The position numbers and the translations under genes are program-made. A stretch of DNA of 64,000 nt. Origin: Rebecca billardiae RCC1528. Taxonomy: Eukaryota > Protista > Haptophyta. Of the stretch, positions 58,563 through 64,000 are shown one piece after another (within the stretch, counting starts at the first letter, position 1; every line of letters begins with the position of its first letter). The notes under the pieces are model-generated. The model was not told the origin of the DNA. It worked only from the letters and a program-made list of their open reading frames with translations, and made no database searches. The DNA is taken from NCBI GenBank assembly GCA_965240325.2, contig OZ251239.1, positions 558,001 to 622,000 of the forward strand, given 5' to 3'.

Positions 58563-58699
58563 AGTGATCCCAACGTTGGCGGCTTGGCGCCTTTTCACGC
58601 ATCGCCACGAATACTTGGTTCGGCAGCCCCTGCCCCCTGCAGGCCGGGCGACGCGCGCGCCAGGCCGCCAGCCGGTGCGCCACGCACAAGCTTGCCGGC

Positions 58700-61600
58700 A
58701 TGGTCGACGTGAGGAGCCCAGAGTGTGATCACGCCGGCTGCACCACGTGGCCTTCGTACGGCATGCCGGGCGACGCGCGCGCCAGCCGGTGCGCCACGCA
58801 CAAGCTGGCCGGCATGGTCGACGTGAAGAACCTCGAGTGTGATCACGCCGGCTGCACCACGCGGCCTTCGTTCGGCATGCCGGGCGACGCGCGCGCCAGC
58901 CGGTGCGCCACGCACAAGCTGGCCGGCATGGTCGACGTGGTGAACCGCAAGTGTGATCACGTCAGTTGCACCAAGCAGCCTTCGTTCGGCATGCCGGACG
59001 GCGCGCGCGCCAGCCGGTGCGCTACGCACAAGCTGGCCGGCATGGTTGACGTGAAGCGCCGCAAGTGTGATCACACCGGCTGCACCAAGCAGCCTTCGTT
59101 CGGCATGCCGGGCGACGCGCGCGCCAGCCGGTGTGCGACGCACAAGCTGGCCGGCATGGTCGACGTGAGGAGCCCCAAGTGTGATCACGCGGGCTGCACC
59201 AAGCAGCCTTCGTACGGCATGCCGGGCGACGCGCGCGCCAGCCGGTGCGCTACGCATAAGCTGGCCGGCATGGTCGACGTGAAGAGCCGCAATTGTGATC
59301 ACACCGGCTGCACCAAGAAGCCTTCGTTCGGCATGCCGGGCGACGCGCGCGCCAGCCGGTGCGCTACGCACACGCTGGCCGGCATGGTCGACTTCAAGCA
59401 CCCCAAGTGTGATCACACCAGCTGCACCAAGGAGCCTTCGTACGGCATGCCGGGCGACGCGCGCGGCAGCCGGTGCGCCACGCACAAGCTGGCCGGCATG
59501 ATCAACTTGAAGCGCCCCATGTGTGATCACGTCAGTTGCACCAAGGAGCCTTCGTTCGGCATGCCGGGCGACGCGCGCGCCAGCCGGTGCGCTACGCACA
59601 AGCTGGCCGGCATGGTCGACGTGAAGAGCCGCAATTGTGATCACACCGGCTGCACCAAGAAGCCTTCGTTCGGCATGCCGGGCGACGCGCGCGCCAGCCG
59701 GTGCGCTACGCACACGCTGGCCGGCATGATCAACGTGAAGCACCCCAGCTGTGATCACGCTGGCTGCACCAAGCAGCCTTCGTTCGGCATGCCGGGCGAT
59801 GCGCGCGCCAGCCGGTGCGCTACGCACAAGCTGGCCGGCATGGTCGACGTGAGGAGCCCCAAGTGTGATCACGCCGGCTGCACCACGCGGCCTTCGTACG
59901 GCATGCCGGGCGACGCGCGCGCCAGCCGGTGCGCTACGCACAAGCTGGCCGGCATGGTTGATAGTCGTCTCGCCGTCCCCAAGCGCAGGCTGGAGCATGG
60001 CACGGATGGCACCGGCGACCAGGGCACGCGCGCCGCGAAGCGACGGCACAAACCCACCAGCTGCGTTGCCGCTGTTTCGGACGCCGCGCCGCAGCTTTCA
60101 CCACCGCCGCCGCTGGTCCCTGTCAGCATCGTCCGCTGGCGCTCTCCAGATGGCACGATCCATTCGGTTGACGACGGGGTGGTCAATGAGGGTGTCTGGG
60201 CCCCGGACGAGCGGTATCAGCGTGGCAACGCAGGTGAGAACGCAATCCGGGCTGCCCATGCCGGCCATGGAATCTACGGGTGGAATTCCCATTTTCTGGC
60301 GCACTTCCGCACTGGGGAGGCGGAAAAGCGCCATTTAATACGAAAATAAGCTAATAAAAAGGCATTTATAATCATCAAAGAAATAAGCGCGCATGCAGTG
60401 CGAATAAGAAATTGTTTCGACGGCGGTGTAGTATGCGAATCACCATGGATCTGCGTACGCGGCGTCCCGAGCACCCTCGGGGCTCAGCTGCGGCTCGGCC
60501 TGCGCACGCTCAGCAAGCTCGCGTGCGGCAGCCTTTCCCTTGCCCCGCCTCGAGCAAGACTCACTATGAGGATCGACGTATGACTATGAGTGAGCGTGTG
60601 CCGCCGAAAGCTGCTGTCCGACAGCCACCCGCGGCTGCAGCCGCTGGCCGCGGTGCCTGGCCTCGGCGCGGGCCCCGCAGGCCTCCTCCTCCTGCGCGCC
60701 TCCTCCAGGCGTTTGGGCCGCCGCCGCCTTGGCCGCCTCGTCCTCGTCGATCAGCTGAACGGCGGGAGTGATGTCTGTGCTCAGCTGACTGCGACTTGAC
60801 GAGCGAGGCGACGAGCGACAGCAGCCCGATGACCAAGCCGACGAGCTCGTCGTACGAGCCGTCACGCGTGCGCTCGTGCTGTGTCTGAGCTGGCTCGCGC
60901 TCGTACGCCGACCAGGCTTTGCTCGGACTGAACGCGTCTGCTCGGGTGTCTTTGCGTGTGCGCTTGGGCGGCCGCGGGCCGTCATCTGGTCCGACCGCGC
61001 GCAGCTCGAGCTCGGAAGCGTTGAGCTGCTCCACGGTCGACTCGCTTTCTGCCTCAGGCTCGACCACGGCAGCAGGCCCCGCAGCAGCCGCCTGATAGCA
61101 TCGGCAGGGGCCCCTGCGCCACCCGCCGCCGTCCGCACATCGGCCAGCTTGGCGCACACGCTCTGGACCACGGCCTCGCCGCGCTTGACGCGGATGTGGT
61201 GCCAGGTCGTCGTGCCAATCGCTTGGCGATTGGCAACGGGTTCGGGCACCTCGATGACGACAACGCCTGTCGCGTAGGCTGTGTAGCGATGACCGTCCAC
61301 GACTCCGTCGCGGGTGGACGGCGCCATGCACCGGCACGCCATCGCGGCCGTGGACGCAAGTGAATTCATGAATTGTTTTTGAATTCACTAATTCGCCCAG
61401 GCCGCTACGTTGAACTCGAGCACGGACAATGTTACAACCGCGATCTTTTGACTGTGTGAATGGGGCGCCGCCCCATGCTCAAATCCGAAGAGAACGAAGT
61501 TGTAACATTGCCTGGTCCCTAGATACTATGCTGTCCGGGTCCAGTCCGGGGCGGATCTGAGCAGCCGGATTTTCCGCCCGGACAGGCCAGAAAATGGGAT

Positions 61601-61766
61601 TTTCACCCCTACGACCAGGGTCTACCAGCACGCATCAACACCACAGCGGTGCCAGCACTACCGCCGTCACCATCGATGGTGGTGGGAGCAGCACGCCGGC
61701 AGCAACCGCAGGACATACCTGTGGTGATGGCCAGGAGGGCCTGAGGGTCGGGGACGCTGCAGGCTG
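58700..61766 (+). pseudogene. EsV-1-7-like tandem-repeat gene, copy 3 (11 repeats), tail interrupted by a TIR element (ORF now ends at 60349)
   Basis: Repeat array has the same protein sequence as copy 2 (offset 3720 bp). Tail breaks at 60277 and resumes at 61609. Confidence 0.8.
60278..61608. mobile_element. 1.33-kb TIR element, 23-bp TIRs (2 mismatches), 4-bp target duplication CTAC
   Basis: GGGTGGAATTCCCATTTTCTGGC (60278-60300) pairs with GCCAGAAAATGGGATTTTCACCC (61586-61608). CTAC at 60274-77 and 61609-12. Empty site GGAATCTACGACC is seen in copy 1. Confidence 0.9.
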
Positions 61767-61988
61767 ATGAAGTCGTGAAGTAGCGTGGCTGCATGTCGTT
61801 TTATTGATGGCGCGCTTTCAGAATTCAGGAAAAGAGTTTGGGAGTGGTCCCAACGTTGGCGGCTGCTTGGCGCCATTATTTTTCTCGCATCGCCACGACG
61901 AATATCCTTGGTTCGGCAGCCCCTGCCCCAGGCCGGGCGATGCGCGCGCCAGGCCGCCAGCCGGTGCGCCACGCACAAGCTTGCCGGC

Positions 61989-63011
61989 ATGGTCGACGTG
62001 AGGAGCCCAGTCCCAGAGTGTGATCACGCCGGCTGCACCACGCGGCCTTCGTTCGGCATGCCGGGTGACGCGCGCGCCAGCCGGTGCGCCACGCACAAGC
62101 TGGCCGGCATGGTCGACGTGAAGAACCTCGAGTGTGATCACGCCGGCTGCACCACGCGGCCTTCGTTCGGCATGCCGGGCGACGCGCGCGCCAGCCGGTG
62201 CGCCACGCACAAGCTGGCCGGCATGGTCGACGTGGTGAACCGCAAGTGTGATCACGTCAGTTGCACCAAGGAGCCTTCGTTTGGCATGCCGGGCGACGCG
62301 CGCGCCAGCCGGTGCGCTACGCACAAGCTGGCCGGCATGGTCGACGTGAGGAGCCCCAAGTGTGATCACGCTGGCTGCACCAAGCAGCCTTCATTCGGCA
62401 TGCCGGGCGACGCGCGCGCCAGCCGGTGCGCTACGCACAAGCTGGCCGGCATGGTCGACGTGAGGAGCCCCAACTGTGATCACGCGGGCTGCACCAAGAA
62501 GCCTTCATTCGGCATGCCGGGCGACGCGCGCGCCAGCCGGTGCGCTACGCACAAGCTGGCCGGCATGGTTGATAGTCGTCTCGCCGTCCCCAAGCGCAGG
62601 CTGGAGCATGGCACGGATGGCACCGGCGACCAGGGCACGCGCGCCGCGAAGCGACGGCACAAACCCACCAGCTGCGTTGCCGCTGTTTCGGACGCCGCGC
62701 CGCAGCTTTCACCACCGCCGCCGCTGGTCCCTGTCAGCATCGTCCGCTGGCGCTCGCCAGATGGCACGATCCATTCGGTTGACGACGGGGTGGTCAATAA
62801 TGGTGTCTCAGTCTGGGCCCTGGACGAGCGGTATCAGCGTGGCAACGCAGGTGAGAACGCAATCCGGGCTGCCCATGCCGGCCATGGAATCACTACGACC
62901 AGGGTCTACCAGCACGCATCAACACCACAGCGGTGCCAGCACTACCGCCGTCACCATCGATGGTGGTGGGAGCAGCACGCCGGCAGCAACAGCCGGACAT
63001 CCCTGTGGTGA
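61989..63011 (+). CDS. EsV-1-7-like tandem-repeat protein, copy 4 (5 repeats; +2 frameshift in tail)
   Basis: 5 units, the first with a 2-aa insertion. GGAATCACTACGACC at 62886-62900 shifts the last part of the tail into another frame. Confidence 0.75.
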   Translation: MVDVRSPVPECDHAGCTTRPSFGMPGDARASRCATHKLAGMVDVKNLECDHAGCTTRPSFGMPGDARASRCATHKLAGMVDVVNRKCDHVSCTKEPSFGMPGDARASRCATHKLAGMVDVRSPKCDHAGCTKQPSFGMPGDARASRCATHKLAGMVDVRSPNCDHAGCTKKPSFGMPGDARASRCATHKLAGMVDSRLAVPKRRLEHGTDGTGDQGTRAAKRRHKPTSCVAAVSDAAPQLSPPPPLVPVSIVRWRSPDGTIHSVDDGVVNNGVSVWALDERYQRGNAGENAIRAAHAGHGITTTRVYQHASTPQRCQHYRRHHRWWWEQHAGSNSRTSLW

Positions 63012-63272
63012 TGGCCAGGAGGGCCAGGGTCCGGGACGCTGCAGGCTGATGAAGTCGCGTGAAGCGTGGCTGCATACCCCCATACTGTATCGTTTTGGCC
63101 CTTTCAGAATTCAGGAAAATAAGGGTTTAGTGATCCCAACGTTGGCGGCTTGGCGCCATTTTGACGAATTTTCTCGCATCGCCACGAATATCCTTGATGG
63201 TTCGGCCTGCCCCAGGCCGGGCGACGCGCGCGCCAGGCCGCCAGCCGGTGCGCTACGCACAAGCTTGCCGGC

Positions 63273-64000
63273 ATGGTCGACGTGAGGAGCCCCACGTGTG
63301 ATCACGCCGGTTGCATCAAGATGCCTTCGTTCGGCATGCCAGGCGACGCGCGCGCCAGCCGGTGCGCCACGCACAAGCTGGCCGGCATGGTCGACTTGAA
63401 GCACCCCATGTGTGATCACGTCAGTTGCACCAAGGAGCCTTCGTTCGGCATGCCGGGCGACGCGCGCGCCAGCCGGTGCGCTACGCACAAGCTGGCCGGC
63501 ATGGTCGACGTGAAGAGACCCAGCTGTGATCACGCCGGCTGCACCAAGCGGCCTTCGTTCGGCATGCCGGGCGACGCGCGCGCCAGCCGGTGCGCTACGC
63601 ACAAGCTGGCCGGCATGGTCGACGTGAGGAGCCCCAAGTGTGATCACGCTGGCTGCACCAAGCAGTCTTCATTCGGCATGCCGGGCGACGCGCGCGCCAG
63701 CCGGTGCGCTACGCACAAGCTGGCCGGCATGGTCGACGTGAGGAGCCCCAAGTGTGATCACGCTGGCTGCACCAAGCAGCCTTCATTCGGCATGCCGGGC
63801 GACGCGCGCGCCAGCCGGTGCGCTACGCACAAGCTGGCCGGCATGGTCGACGTGAGGAACCGCAAGTGTGATCACACCGGCTGCACCAAGAAGCCTTCAT
63901 TCGGCATGCCGGGCGACGCGCGCGCCAGCCGGTGCGCTACGCACAAGCTGGCCGGCATGGTCGACGTGAGGAGCCCCAAGTGTGATCACGCTGGCTGCAC
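63273..64000 (+). CDS. EsV-1-7-like tandem-repeat protein, copy 5 (6 full repeats plus part of a 7th; runs off the window)
   Basis: ATG 63273 followed by uninterrupted 114-bp units to the window end. Confidence 0.8.
   Translation, partial: MVDVRSPTCDHAGCIKMPSFGMPGDARASRCATHKLAGMVDLKHPMCDHVSCTKEPSFGMPGDARASRCATHKLAGMVDVKRPSCDHAGCTKRPSFGMPGDARASRCATHKLAGMVDVRSPKCDHAGCTKQSSFGMPGDARASRCATHKLAGMVDVRSPKCDHAGCTKQPSFGMPGDARASRCATHKLAGMVDVRNRKCDHTGCTKKPSFGMPGDARASRCATHKLAGMVDVRSPKCDHAGC

Noticed and set aside
54161-60049. Long antisense ORFs (54161-56329, 58595-60049) and the 5' extension of ORF 44490-47243
   Set aside because: Shadow frames of the GC-rich repeat genes; no independent protein features.
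60564-61388. ORFs inside the 1.33-kb element as a transposase
   Set aside because: No DDE or other recognisable motif; overlapping frames suggest a remnant.
46983-64000. 114-bp repeats as a CRISPR array or non-coding satellite
   Set aside because: Unit length is a multiple of 3, every unit keeps an open frame with invariant Cys/His, and the one indel seen within an array is 6 bp.

Overview
This is a very GC-rich eukaryotic genomic window, not a prokaryotic one. Several genes contain GT-AG introns that restore conserved motifs when removed. The compact layout, extremely GC-rich introns and gene set suggest an alga, probably a haptophyte (inference). Positions 1-46.9 kb hold about 15 genes: WDR89-like, an XopQ/HopQ1-like nucleoside hydrolase fused to membrane helices and a TIR-like domain, GT61, ankyrin, a PPC-domain protein, a hybrid histidine kinase, F-box/RCC1, alpha/beta-hydrolase, cathepsin Z, an XRN with signal peptide and dsRNA-binding motif (dsRBM), SepSecS, AI-2E transporter, F-box and ABC1 kinase. 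A cluster of nested non-autonomous DNA transposons lies at 19-25 kb and another element at 31-33 kb. From 46.9 kb to the window end is a head-to-tail array of at least five genes built from near-identical 114-bp/38-aa Cys/His (EsV-1-7-like, C-x4-C-x16-C-x2-H) repeats. Their variation is concentrated at a few fixed positions, and repeat number and order differ between copies, reminiscent of TALE, PRDM9 or KRAB zinc-finger arrays. Three kinds of mobile element invade this array: a 1.78-kb hAT-like derivative present twice, a 4.5-kb split-direct-repeat (Ngaro/TOC1-like) element, and a 1.33-kb terminal-inverted-repeat (TIR) element with a probable excision footprint in the neighbouring copy. All family assignments come from motifs recognised by eye; no database search was run.
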